Notes under the pieces: model-generated
Database searches by the model: none
What the model saw: the letters and a program-made list of their open reading frames with translations, nothing else
What the model was told of the DNA's origin: nothing
Assembly (NCBI RefSeq): GCF_963921235.1
Contig: NC_086108.1
Location: 102,798,001 to 102,862,000, forward strand
Length of the DNA: 64,000 nucleotides
Direction: 5' to 3'
Origin: Mobula hypostoma
Lineage: Eukaryota
Translations under genes and position numbers: made by a program
Part shown: one piece after another, positions 51,877-64,000 of the stretch
How the letters are laid out: each line of letters starts with the position of its first letter
How positions within the stretch are numbered: the first letter of the stretch is position 1

Positions 51877-53475
51877 GTAAGCAAATTGGTTGGAAATGAA
51901 AACATTTTCTTTTAAATTGAGAAGATTTTCTTCTTCTCTTGTCCACCTTTTGATCCACTTCCCACTGTGAATGAGATCAAGTGTCCCCCAACTCACCCAT
52001 CCCTCCATCACACACTCTATGTTCACTGTATACATGCGCTGTTGTCGAATCTGGTGACATCAATCCAGAGGTTATTCAAAAAACAGGAATGAGATGCAGA
52101 TCTTGTAATTATAGCATACTCTTGCAATTACCATTCTCGCCCTGGCCTGTATTCATTTCCTTTGTCTTTGATCTCCAGTCCTTCACCCCATCACAGGCAT
52201 TGTTCTGCTCCTAAATAGAATATAATGGTAATCAACACACTCTACTGTCGGTGGGGGGGGGGGGGGGGGGCGCAGACAGAAAGTGAAGGAGGAGTACAAA
52301 GACAAAGAATCAAATAATTGAGGTCATCCTATACCAAAAATTTGCTGTCTAGAGAAATAAAGCACATCCCTGTGATAAGTGGCAGCCCTTGAAATAGTCA
52401 GGTTCAGTAGCCTGATACTGGCTATAAGGAAACTTCGAGAAAAATAGAGAATCGAAGTTCAAAGTTCAAAGAAAAATTTATTATCAAAGTACACATATGT
52501 CACCATATACACCTCTGCATTTCATTTAATAGAATCAGTGAAAGACCACAGCAACTGAATGTTCAACCAGTCTGCAAATGACAGCAATCTGTGCAAATAC
52601 AAAGAGAAAGAAATAAGAATAACAATAATAAATAAATAAGCAATAAATATCGTAAACATGAGATAAAGAGTCCTTGAAATAGAGTTCATAGGTGGTGGGA
52701 ATATTTAAGTGATGGGGGCTAGTGAAGTTGAGCGATGTTATCCCCTTTGTTGAAAGAGCCTGATGGGTGAGAGGTAACAACTGTTCCTGAACTTGGTGGT
52801 GTGAGTCCTGGGGCTCCTATACCTTCTACCTGATAGCAGAAATGAGAGGAGAGAATGATCTGGATGGTGGGGGTCGCCGATGATAGATGCTGTTTTCCTG
52901 CGACAGCGTGTAGATGCGCTCAGTGGTGGAGAGGGCTTTACCTGTGATGGACTGGGCCCTACCCATGACTTTTTGTAGGACTTCCCAGTCAAGTGCATCA
53001 GCTATACTACATTTACTGAAAATTCACTGAACAATTACACATATATAAGTGATTATATAAAAATATAAGCAAGCATAGGAAAAGTTAAACTATGAGAAAA
53101 ATAACAATTTTACACTCTAATAGTGCAAGAGGAGGAGAAGATGGCGGCGCGACGGCAGCACGCGCGGCCTCTCCGTGGATGAATATCTGTTATCTGTCAA
53201 GTAGGGGACTGTGCACAATTCTGATTTGATGGAGATGGATGTGAGAGTACGGAGGAACATCTGGAAAACTTCTGAAATGCCCACTTTGCTGCCGCTGCTA
53301 CTGTGTGGTAACCAGAATCTCCGGAGCAGAAGGCCCCAAATCCTCGGCTTTGCTTGTTTCAGAGACCAGGGATAGGTCGAAGGCGCTCGGCAGAGGATGG
53401 CGCTCGGGAGGCTGTATCGGATGGGCTGGTCGGAGGCTCGAAGTTTTCAGACAGATGGAATAAGTGTTGGCTGTG

Positions 53476-55061
53476 ATCACAACAGGAATTCTGCAGATGC
53501 TGGAAATTCAAGCAACACACATCACAGTTGCTGGTGAATGCAGCAGGCCAGGCAGCATCTCTAGGAAGAGGTGTAGTCGACGTTTCAGGCCGAGATCCTT
53601 CGTCAGGACTAACTGAAGGAAGAGCTAGTAAGAGATTTGAAAGTGGGAGGGGGAGGGGGAGATCCAAAATGATAGGAGAAGACAGGAGGGGGAGGGATGG
53701 AGCCAAGAGCTGGACAGGTGATTGGCAAAGGGGATGTGAGAGGATCATGGGACAGGAGATCCGGGGAGAAAGACGGGGGGGGGTGGGGGGAACAGAAGAT
53801 GGGCAAGGGGTATAGTCAGAGGGACAGAGGGAGAAAAAGGAGAGTGAGAGAAAGAATGTATGTATAAAAATAAATAACGGATAGGGTACTGGGGGAGGTG
53901 GGGCACTAGCGGAAGTTAGAGAAGTCGATGTTCATGCCATGAGGTTGGAGGCTACCCAGACGGAATATAAGATGTTGTTCCTCCAACCTGAGTGTGGCTT
54001 CATCTTTACAGTAGAGGAGGCCGTGGATGGACATGTCAGAATGGGAATGGGACGTGGAATTAAAATGTGTGGCCACTGGGAGATCCTGCTTTCTCTGGCG
54101 GACAGAGCGTAGGTGTTCAGCAAAGTGGCCTCCCAGTCTGCGTCGGGTCTTACCAATATATAGAAGGCCACATCGGGAGCACCGGACGCAGTATATCACC
54201 CCAGTCGACTCACAGGTGAAGTGTCGCCTCACCTGCAAGGACTGTCTGGGGCCCTGAATGGTGGTAAGGGAGGAAGTGTAAGGGCATGTGTAGCACTTGT
54301 TCCGCTTACAAGGATAAGTGCCAGGAGGGAGATCAGTGGGGAGGGATGGGGGGGACGAATGGACAAGGGAGTCGCGTAGGGAGTGATCCCTGTGGAAAGC
54401 GGGGAGGGGGAGGGAAAGATGTGCTTAGTGGTGGGATCCCGTTGGAGATGGCGGAAGTTGCGGAGAATAATATGTTGGACCCGGAGGCTGGTGGGATGGT
54501 AGGTGAGGACCAGGGGAACCCTATTGTTAGTGGGGCAGCGGGAGGATGGAGTGAGAGCAGATGTGCGTGAAATGGGGGAGATGCGGTTGAGAGCAGAGTT
54601 GATAGTGGAGGAAGGGAAGCCCCTTTCTTTAAAAAAGGAGGACATCTCCTTCGTCCTGGAATGAAAAGCCTCATCCTGAGAGCAGATGCGGCGGAGATAG
54701 AGGAATTATGAGAAGGGGATAGCATTTTTGCAAGAGATAGGGTGAGAAGAGGAATAGTCCAGACAGCTGTGAGAGTCAGTAGGCTTATAGTAGACATCAG
54801 TGGATAAGCTGTCTCCAGAGATAGAGACAGAAAGATCTAGAAAGGGGAGGGAGGTGTCGGAAATGGACCAGGTAAACTTGAGGGCAGGGTGAAAGTTGGA
54901 GGCAAAGTTAATAAAGTCAACGAGCTCAGCATGTGTGCAGGAAGCAGCGCCAATGCAGTTGTCGATGTAGCGAAGGAAAAGTGGGGGACAGATACCAGAA
55001 TAGGCACGGAACATAGATTGTTCCACAAAGCCAACAAAAAGGCAGGCATAGCTAGGACCCA
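53476..55061 (-). mobile_element. Penelope-like retroelement, 5'-truncated (RT C-half, GIY-YIG endonuclease, pLTR)
   Basis: MGPSYACLFVG, FLRYIDN, LPFLD, VYYKPT; VIYCVRCSRCGLLYIGKTRRRL; 11-bp TSD TGTTGGCTGTG (53465-53475, 55062-55072). Confidence 0.93.
53574..53611 (-). ncRNA. Minimal type I hammerhead ribozyme
   Basis: UAGUC-CUGACGA-AGG(AUCUCGG)CCU-GAAA-CGUC-GACUA: helix I, intact core, helix II, palindromic ACGU helix III. Confidence 0.8.
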
Positions 55062-55594
55062 TGTTGGCTGTGGTCGGCTGCTTCCAAGGCATCGGCAAGT
55101 TGACGGTGCCTGGAGGTTTATGGCAGGGAGTTTCTCCCTTTTGCCACCTGCTATCGGGGACTCAGGAGTCGATCGACTTGGGGACTTTGAGACTTCTTTT
55201 TACCATGCCTATGGTTTGTTCTTCATCAAATTATGGTATTGCTTTGCACTAGTGTAACTATATGTTATAATTATGTGGTTCTGTCAGTGTTAGTCTTTGG
55301 TTTTTCCTGTTTTCTGTGATATCACTCCGGAGAAACATTGTATCATTTCTTAATGCATGTATGCATTTCTAAATGACAATAAAAGAGGACTGAGTGTTCT
55401 CATAATCTAATACAACTGCACCATCCTTTAACTCACACATCTAGAATCATTTCTTCTGAAAAGTTGCTGTACCCGTGTCGAGTAAAATTCATCCCGAGTT
55501 GTGAAAACATCAAAGGGTATTCCCTAAAAAGCCTCAGCATTACACCCTTGCTTTTGTATTCTAGTCCTCTTGAAATGAATGCCAACATTGCATT

Positions 55595-56158
55595 AAGCCA
55601 TTAGTCAGACTGCACTTGGAGTATTGTGAGCAGTTTGGGGCCCCTTATCTAAGAAAAGATGTGCAGGTATTGGAGAGGGCCCAGAGGAGGTTCAAGAGAA
55701 TGATTTCAGGACTGAAAGAGTTAACTTATGAGGACCACTTGATGCCTCACTGAAGATTAGAAGAATGAGAGGGATCTCAATGAAATCTATTGCATATTGA
55801 AAGGATTAGACAGAGTGGATTTAGAAAAGATGCTTCCTATAGAGGGTCATTCAAGGACCAGAGGCCACAGTCTCAAAATAGAAGGGCGCCCATTTAGAAC
55901 AGAGATGAGGAGGACTATCTTTAGCAAGAGGGTGGTGAACCTGTGAAATTCATTGCCACAGAAGGCAGTGGAAGCAGGTTATTGAGTATATTTAAAGCAG
56001 AGGTTGATAGTTTCGTTGTTAGTCAGGGCGTCAGAGGTAACAGAGAGAAGGCAGGAGAATGCGGTTGAAAGAGGTAATAGATCAGCCCTGATAAAAAGAC
56101 GGAGCAGACTTGATGGGCCAAGTGGCCTAATTCTATCCTATGTCTAATAATCTTATGA
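55595..56158 (+). mobile_element. Old CR1 3' fragment
   Basis: Degenerate HLEYCEQF.APYLRKD...TRGH and CR1 tail. Confidence 0.8.
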
Positions 56159-56159
56159 G

Positions 56160-56505
56160 TAAGCATACTATGAGTAGGTATTCCCTGAGTAGGTACCCTC
56201 ACATACAATTGAGCAGCTCTATTAATGATGGTCCTTATACAAGTAATTACGATGTAAATTGTGATAAGGCACAGCAGGGCAAATGTTATAACTCATAATA
56301 TTGAATAACTCCATCTTCCCAGCTTCTATTTAATCCACTCAAAGAAATCCCATCCATCGGATTGATGTGGCTTAGCTGCATCTTCATGAATGTGATCAGC
56401 CAAGTCAGTTATGTCTTCAGAACTGTCAGATACGTAAGTACAGCACTCCTTGCCTCGAATTTCACATGTTCCCCCCTTCACAATCCAATCCAAGTAATCT
56501 CCAAA
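56160..56505 (-). pseudogene. env: Endogenous retrovirus env transmembrane-subunit fragment
   Basis: DYLDWIVKGGT-CEIRGKECC (CX6CC)-TYVSD; hydrophobic VITFALLCLITIYIVITCI anchor in the same frame after two stops. Confidence 0.78.
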
Positions 56506-56839
56506 GACTGACATTGACCCTGACAGTGCAGCAAGTTATAATCGTGAACGCTGGAAATACTCAGAGAGCACCTATGAAAAGGGAAAGAAAATTAATGCTT
56601 CAAGGTGATGATGAAACTGGTGCAATTCTACACTGCCATCATAGAGAGCATCCTCACATCAGCCATTACTGTCTGGCTTGTTGCAGCATCCTCTCACAAT
56701 ATATAAAAACTATAAGTGAACTGTCAACTCTGCAGAAAACGTCAATGGCTGCAGTCTACCGACAAACAAGAGAAAATCTGCAGATGCTAGAAATCCAAGC
56801 AACGCACACAAAACACTAGAGGAACTCAGCAGGACAGGC

Positions 56840-57598
56840 TGTCATGGTCCGGATCGGGTTCCCTTTAAATTTACTTTGTTTGTGTTACGATCCGGACCAT
56901 TGACTCCCTATTTCCCTTTGGTTCCCTGTTTTCCCGTGTCCCTCAGGCTTGGTGATTAGAGGCAATTTACTCCTGGCTGAACCGGCAGTTTATAAGTATC
57001 CGGCTTTCAGCTGCTTGACGTGAGAGCGTTAACGAAGTCACTGCGAGCTAAAAGCCTAGTCTCCTCCCGAAGCAAGTGCCAGCCAGCCGCCTTCCCTTGC
57101 CAGAGCGGGTCAGTCAAAGTTAACCCGCCGGGGTGAGTCAAGAGCTCGCCGCTGCTTAGAGTGTACTTGTGCCCAGTTATAGTACTGTCCATCGTTGTGT
57201 GGTCTCCGCATCCATGTCCTGCATCTAAAAGGGGTCCTGGCCCTGTACCCTGGAAGGGTCCTGACCCTGTGTCAGGAAGAATCCCGACTCTGTCCTATGT
57301 CAAAGGAGAATTCCTGGCTCAGTGTTTTATGTCCTGTGTCTGAGACTGTCCAATGAATAAGAAGAGTCCCTGGCTCTGAAGGTTTCAAGTATCAAGCCCT
57401 GGTTCTGGAGGTCTGTGTTCTGAGTCCTGGCCCAGACCTTTAGTCCCAGCCTAGTCCAGGGCCTGAGCCCTTGTCCATTATGTTATTCCCACTTCTGATT
57501 TGCTCTCCTAGTAATGAGCAATAAACTCAATTTAGTTAACCTTACAAGACATGTTTGTGTCTTGCACTTGGGTCTGCTCCCAGTGCCCCCATGTGACA
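56840..57598 (+). mobile_element. Solo LTR (759 bp) inserted in a Penelope pLTR remnant
   Basis: TGTCA...TGACA ends, 5-bp TSD CAGGC, TATAA near 56991, AATAAA near 57520. Confidence 0.88.
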
Positions 57599-58399
57599 CA
57601 GGCAGCATCAAGGAAAAGAGTACAGTCAATATTTTGGGCCAAAACCCTTCAGCAGGCACTGTCACTATGGAGCTTGTGTGTGTCCAGGACAAAAAGCAGG
57701 CAGGAAAAATCATTTTGGTCACTGCAACCTGCCAAACTGCCTTTTCCAAAAGCTCCATTCTGGAAAGTGCTACAGAGCTACTAAAACAAAAAGTTCACAC
57801 TGTCTTAAAAGTTTCTTCCCCCAGGTTAATCTGATCAATCATTCTAGCTGGCCATCCCCGCACCTCTTCCATTACCTCAGTCACTAATGTACAGTAAACA
57901 CTTCAAACCACATTTTATAATGCTACTTACATTGTAAATACATGCTGGTATTTATGCACATGTCTGTACTTTAAATTCTAACTTAGGTAATTCTTTAGAC
58001 AGGTATATGGAGGAATTTAAGGTGGGGGCTTATATGGGAGGCAGGGTTTGAGGGTTGGCACAACATTGTGGGCTGAAGGGCCTGTACTGTGCTGTACTAT
58101 TCTATGTTCTTTATTCTTTATAAATGTTGAATTGTTTTTGTTGCATGTTCTGCCCAGATGAACATACCACAGCAAATTCCAAATCCATGTAAATGTATAT
58201 GGTGAATAAAGTTGATCCTTGATTGCCATTTTGTAATACAGTGGGAGCAGGAATTGTCTGAAATCATAAGAAAACTAAAATCCATTGATAAGGCCAGAAG
58301 TGGGGATGTCAATGATAAGATTGGATAGACAGACCTTTTGGCAGTTATCTCTGGATTACTGCCTGTGCCACGTGTGAGTGAGGGTAAGAATCAGATCAT

Positions 58400-59060
58400 G
58401 GCGGGAGGAGAAGATGGTGGCATGACACAGCGCGTGCGGCCTCTCCGGTGAAATGATATCGTATTTGTTAAATAGGGGCCATGCCCAATTCTGATTTGAT
58501 GGAGACAGATGTGAGAAGCACGGAGGAACAGCTGCAGAAACTTCTGAAATGCCCGGTTCACTGCTGCTGCTACTGTGCGATCGAGAATCTCCAGAGGGAA
58601 GGCCCCAAATCCTCGGCTTTGCCTGTTGCTGGCGGCCGGGGATGGGGTCGAAGTGCTTGGCAGAGATTGTGCTCGGTGTTGGAGGGCTGGTCGGAGGCTC
58701 AAAGTTTTCGGACAACTCAGAGTCGAACTGTGGTTGGATGCTTCCAGGATGCTGCATCGGCAAGTTTGCAGCGCTGGAAGCTCATGGCAGGGAGAGTTTT
58801 CTCCATTCTCCCGTCTGTGTGAGATGATGGGACTTTTGAGAGACTTTGAACTTTTTTTACTGTGGCCATAGCCTGTTCTTCATCGTTACAGTATTGCTTG
58901 CACTGTTGTAACTATATGTTATAATTATGTGGATTTGTCAGTTTTTCAGTCTTGGTCTGTCTTGTTTCTGTGATATCACACCAGAGGAACATTATATTAT
59001 TTCTTAATGCATGCATTACTAAATGACAATAAAAGAGGACTGCGTGTCCTCATAATCTAA
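58400..59060 (+). mobile_element. Family X retroposon, complete copy
   Basis: ggagaagatggtggc start; aataaaagaggactgcgtgtcctcataatctaa end. Confidence 0.8.
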
Positions 59061-59064
59061 TTTG

Positions 59065-61670
59065 GCAGATAACTGAAGGTGCTTGAGGAACTGGTTCAGA
59101 GGGCAGGGCTTCAGATTTATTGGGGTCACTTCCAGAGGAGACACAACCTGTACAAAAGGGACAGGTTATATCTGAACCAAGGGGGACCAATATTCTTGTC
59201 AGCAGGTTTGCCAAAACTGTCGGGAAGAGTTTAACCTAGTTTCACAAGGGGTTGGACAACGATATGATATGGATGAAGATGGAGCTGTTGGTATACAGCT
59301 AGAGGCAGTGTTCACTGAGACTGTCAGGAAGGACAGGTAGATGATAGTGAAAAATTGCAGTTAGTGGGATGAATGTAACGGGGTCAAAATCAAAAACAGT
59401 GATGAACACAGGACTGAAGGTGCTATATTTGAACGCATGCAGTATACGGAATAAGGTAAATGAATTTGTGGCACAGTTAGAGATTGGCAGGTTGCGACAC
59501 TGTGGGCATCACTGAATCAAGGCTGAAAAAAGATCATTGTTGGAAGCTTCATATCCAAGGATACACATTGTATCGAAAGGACAGATGGGTATGCAGTGGG
59601 GGTGGGGATGGCCTGTTGGTAAAGTAGTAAATCAAATCCTTAGAAAGAAGGACATAGGATTAGAAGATGTAGAATCCTTACAGATCAAGTTAAGAAGCTG
59701 CAAGAGTAAAAAGGCCCTGATGGGAGTTATATACAGGCTTCCAAACAGTAGCCAAGATGTGGGGTACAAATTACAAAGGGAGATAGAAAAGTCACGTCAA
59801 AAGGGCAATGTTGTGATAAATATGGGGGATTTCAATATGCAGGTAGATTGGGAAAGAAAGGGAATTTGGAAAGCGACGCTAAGGAGATAGTAATGGGTTC
59901 AAAGAAATGGTTGATGGATTTATAAAGTATTTTGCATCAGTCTTCACTGTTTGCAGACGATACAAAGATAGGTGAAAGGGCAGGTTGTGATGAGGAAGCA
60001 GAAAGACTAGAAAACACAGAGACAGATTAGGAAAATGGGCAAAGAAGTGGCAGATGGAATACAGTGTTGGGAAGTGTATGGTCATGCACTTTGGAAGAAT
60101 AAATAACGCCATAGACTATTTTCTAAATAGAGAGAAAGTTTAAAAATCAAAGGTTCTATTTAATGTTAGAGAAATGTATACAATATACATCCTGAAATGC
60201 TTTTTCTTCACAAACATCCATGAAAACAGGGAAGTGCCCCAAAGAATAAACAACAGTTCAACGTGAGAACCCCAAAGTCCCCCCAGCTGCCCCCTCCCAC
60301 ACGTAAGTGGCAGCAAGGCAATGATACCCTCCTCTCCAACCCCCCCACGGCAAAAAACGCACCCTCTACCGAGCACAAGCGTGAGCTAGGCGGTAGCAAA
60401 GACACAGACACGCAGTTACCCCAAAAACCATCACATTTCGTTTGGCATTCGACAATCCACAGGTTCTCTCTCTCCCTAATAAGAAAGAGGGAGGTGTCCC
60501 CCATTTTCCCAGCGAGCAAGAGACATAACATCAACCTGCTGGTTTACGATGTTTAAAAAGTCTGTTTCATCGCTTTTTACGAGCTCTGTGCTCAAAGATC
60601 GCAAAGATCTCGGGTCTTTGGGCCCCCAGCAAAAGATGTTCCGACCTCCCCGATGACACACGAGTTTCCTGCCGTAACACTGACCCTCAATCCGCCCATC
60701 TCCAGAGCCCCGTGATCTTAGGCTTGTAAACACTAGGCTGACTCTGAGGCCAAACCCTTGGTATGCCGAACAACAACAGCCGGTCCTGAAAACCCGAGAA
60801 CGGGTCCCATTCCCACAAAGAACCGAAGTTTGCATGTAACTCCAGGTCAGGGTCTTCAAAAGAGCCCCGAAAGGGAAAAATAAAGATATTAAAGACGGAA
60901 ATCGAGCTGTTTCCAACGATGCAAGCAAAGGAGTGGCCGTTTAGAGCCATCTTAACTCCACCACCATAAGGTGTAAGGGGGCTTAGGAGGCCTTGTGCAG
61001 GATTCTCGAAAGGTTCATTTGTAGGTTGTGTCGGTGGTGAGGAAGGCAAATGCTATGTTAGCATTCATTTTGAGAGGCAAGGATGTAATGTTGAGGCGTT
61101 ATAAGTCACTAGTGAGGCCTCATTTAGAGTATTGTGAGTAGTTTTAGTCCCCTTATCTAAGAATGGATGTGTTGACATTGGAGAGGATTCAAATGTGTTT
61201 CACAATTCCAGGCTTGAAAAGTTTATCATATGAGGAGCGTTTAATGCTCTGGCTTATACTCACTAGAATTCAGAAGATGATGGGGGATCTCATTGAAACC
61301 TATCGAATGTAGAAGGGGCTCTATAGCGTGGACGTGGAGAAGATATTTCCTATGGTGGTTAGTCTAAGACCAGAGGACACAGCTTCTGAATAGAGGGACA
61401 TCCATTTAGAATAGAAATGAAGAGGAATTTCTTTAGCCAGAGTAGTGAATCTGTAGAATTCATTGTCACAGGCAACTATGGAGCCCAAATCATTGGGTAT
61501 ATTTAAGGCAGAGTTTGATAGTTTCTTGATTAGTCAGGGCATGAAGGGATACGAGGAGAAGGCATGAGATTTGGGCTGACTGGGAAATGGATCAACCATG
61601 CTGAAATGGCAGATCAGTCTCAATAGTTCCAATGACCTCATTCTGCTCCTGTATCTTACGGTCTTATGAA
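59065..61670 (+). mobile_element. Old, internally deleted CR1 (ORF1 end, endonuclease, RT 3' end)
   Basis: GVIYRLPNS, MGDFN, WQMEYSVGKC.VMHFG; CR1 tail near 61640. Confidence 0.8.
60141..60968 (-). mobile_element. Non-autonomous retroposon (family Y) inserted in CR1
   Basis: Starts ggtggagttAAGATGGC on the minus strand; ends with a Rex-like tail near 60145; CR1 sequence resumes on both sides. Confidence 0.6.
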
Positions 61671-61671
61671 C

Positions 61672-63201
61672 TTATGACCTTGTTGCAGGGGATGTACCAA
61701 GCAAGAGAATGGATTTCCAATCAAGTTGTATTTGTCTTAGCCATTCAGACCTCCACAATGCTGTTCCTTCTGTTTTTACCACATGTGAAGAGCATTTGAT
61801 GATCTTTGCTTGTATTTCAGTGTTATAAATGTCATTTCCACAGGAGATATCTTTTCTCCAGTACAAGTTCTTAGTTGGATACCTACTGGCTTCAGTTTAG
61901 TATCTATGAAATGCTGTTCAAACTCATTTTGTGGAATGACTGAAACAGCTGAAGTAGTGTCTAATTCCATTTTAATTAATTTGCGTACACTTCTGGTGTA
62001 AGCCACATAGCTTGTCTATTGTTAGTTTTCACATTGTAAATCTCAAGGCTATACAGTCCTGTGTCAGTCTTATCATAGTCAGATTTTTCATTGAAAGCAT
62101 GCAGATTGGTACTTTTTATGAAGCTGCAACTGACTTTTTAGCTTTTTCTCTTCCCTTTGCAGTCCATTTATTTTTGTGTGCTCGATATGCTCTTTGTATG
62201 TGACCTACTTTGTTGAATTTTCTGCAGGTTTTGCCCTTAATTCTGCATCGGTCTGGTGTATGTGAGCCACAGTGGTAACACAATTTATTCGACTGATTGT
62301 TTTCTGTTTAGATAGTGCAATTTTGCTCATGCTGACTTTCCTTCCAGACTGTAACTCAATTACTGTCTCTGTCTGCAGTTTCCATTGAAATAGTAATTTC
62401 AACTGTCCTTTTAAATGTAAGTTGTGCTTCAGTTAGGAGCCATTTTTGAATGTGTTGTTTTAAGATTCTACAAACTAAACAATCTCTCAATGCATCATTA
62501 AGATCATCACTGAACTGCTCAGACAATTTCTTCAATTCAGCCGTATCTGCTGAAATGGTCTTTCCTTCTTTTTGATTCCATTGATGAAACCTAAAGTGTT
62601 CTGCAATCAACAATGGTTTTTGTTCTAAGTATTCCTGCATTACTTTAATAATAGCAGCAAAGCTCATTTCTGATGGTTTGGTTGGAGCAGTTAAACTTCG
62701 AAGCAAACTGTATGTCTTTAAACCCAATGTACTCAGCAAAATTTGTACTAGTTTCTTATTGGCTATTTCATTTGTTTCAATATACTGTTCAAGTTGCCCA
62801 GTATACATGAGCCAGTTACTGTTGAGCAATCAAACTCATCATTTTCTCTGATATAGCCGGTCATTTCTGCTCTTTTCTTTATTATCACCCAATACTCACT
62901 CCTCATGAGCTCATGAATTCTTTCTTTTACTGACTTTTTTTTTAAAAACTCGATCATGTCTTCCCTTCTGAAGACCATCTCTGCATGTGTTGAGCTCTGT
63001 TTTATTTTTACTCGCCATTCCACACTGTTTTTTAACTTGAATGCCCCACTGCCTGAGTCTGGGAATGCAGGTCTGACTTTGTGTTTTACTTTAAGAGAGG
63101 CACGTATGCATCATGTGGTATAGTGATGACGTATGCAATTGATGTATTTATACATATAACCTATAATTAATTATTTAAACAAACAAGAATGCTTAATCAA
63201 C

Positions 63202-63247
<46 letters not shown>

Positions 63248-63285
63248 TAAAACATATGTACACAAGATTACTCAAACAGTAAATG
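61672..63285 (-). mobile_element. Truncated Gypsy element related to element A (LTR, gag, protease)
   Basis: gag NWLMYTGQLEQYIETNEIAN...KPLLIAEHFRFHQWNQ; KMELDTTSAVSVI; LTR remnant 63075-63285 similar to 4590-4835 with an expanded (TG)(TA) repeat. Confidence 0.85.
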
Positions 63286-63485
63286 CATAATTTTTCATGT
63301 TTCTATATTCTCCAGCTTCTTATATGATATTACTGTGGCTTTATAGCAGTTAAATAATATTAATATATTAATATGCTTTAATTAACTTAAAAAGAACCTA
63401 AGGCTTAACTTTTTCATCAGTATATGGAACAAGAGCTACCAGAGGATTTGATTGAGACAGGTACATGGATAGGAAAGGTTTAGAG

Positions 63486-63565
63486 CAGTGGTTCCCAACC
63501 TGTGGTCCACAGACACCTTGCTTAATAGTATTGGTTCATGGCATAAAAAAGGTTGGGGACCCTTG
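63486..63565 (+). mobile_element. 80-bp hAT/Charlie-like MITE
   Basis: TIRs cagtggttcccaacc / ggttggggacccttg; 8-bp TSD GTTTAGAG. Confidence 0.88.
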
Positions 63566-64000
63566 GTTTAGAGGGATATTGGCCAAATGCAGTCATTTGG
63601 GACTAGTTTAAATGGGGGTCTTCTTTGGCATAGACTGGTTGGGCAAAAGGGCCTGTTTCTATGCTGTATGACTCAAAGGACTACAGAGACTCAAGAAGGT
63701 GGCTACCACTAACTTCTCATGGGAAATCAGGGAAACCAAAAAATCAAAAACATATGAATTGTTAAAGTGTCTGCTAAACTGTGCTTCAGTAACATTAGAC
63801 TTCGATCTCTGCTCCTGTTAATCTGGACACCAGGCGATAGTGACATTTCTGCTGTCCACCTACGCTATTCTGCCCTCTATCCTATCACAGGACATGTCCT
63901 TTTGTTCATTTTTCTCCCACTTTCCACTCCTTGAGAGTTGTTACAATCTGTTACCTCCCTACCCCAACAGTCTCCAGTTCTGACAAAAGGCCACTTGCCA

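Larger units (their letters stand above)
53130..55410 (+). mobile_element. Family X retroposon split by a Penelope insertion
   Basis: 5' half 53130-53475 and 3' half 55062-55410; tail aataaaagaggactgagtgttctcataatctaa. Confidence 0.8.

Noticed and set aside
52253..52270. Poly-G run as a G-quadruplex regulatory site
   Set aside because: Simple homopolymer with no supporting context; its length is also error-prone
56840..57598. Solo LTR as the LTR of the env-bearing provirus
   Set aside because: It has its own TSD, opposite apparent orientation, and is separated from env by unrelated repeats
1..64000. Prokaryotic systems (operons, CRISPR arrays, defence systems)
   Set aside because: The sequence is vertebrate-type repeat DNA; no repeat-spacer array or gene-dense region is present

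Overview
Eukaryotic, extremely repeat-rich genomic DNA. The repeat content (HER1-like CR1 LINEs, HE1-like V-SINEs, SacSINE1-like DeuSINEs) suggests a cartilaginous fish, probably a ray or shark; this is inference. No intact cellular gene is visible. Two small, frame-compatible candidate exons (505-555, 51838-51876) suggest the window may be mostly one large intron. Most of the window is nested, decayed transposons: CR1, Rex1/Babar, RTE, Penelope, Gypsy LTR elements, solo LTRs, Tigger, and mariner and hAT MITEs. Main observations: (1) two unrelated non-autonomous Gypsy elements each carry a captured intronless host mRNA fragment in place of much of pol, RBM25 in 4590-8359 and a myosin heavy-chain rod (closest in my recall to MYH16) in 45896-50559; (2) two different Gypsy elements sit in tandem at one target site with a triplicated TSD; (3) a Penelope element carries a minimal hammerhead ribozyme, with many degenerate or palindromic derivatives nearby; (4) an orphan retroviral env TM fragment. 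Boundaries of old repeats are approximate; family names come from recalled motifs, not database searches.
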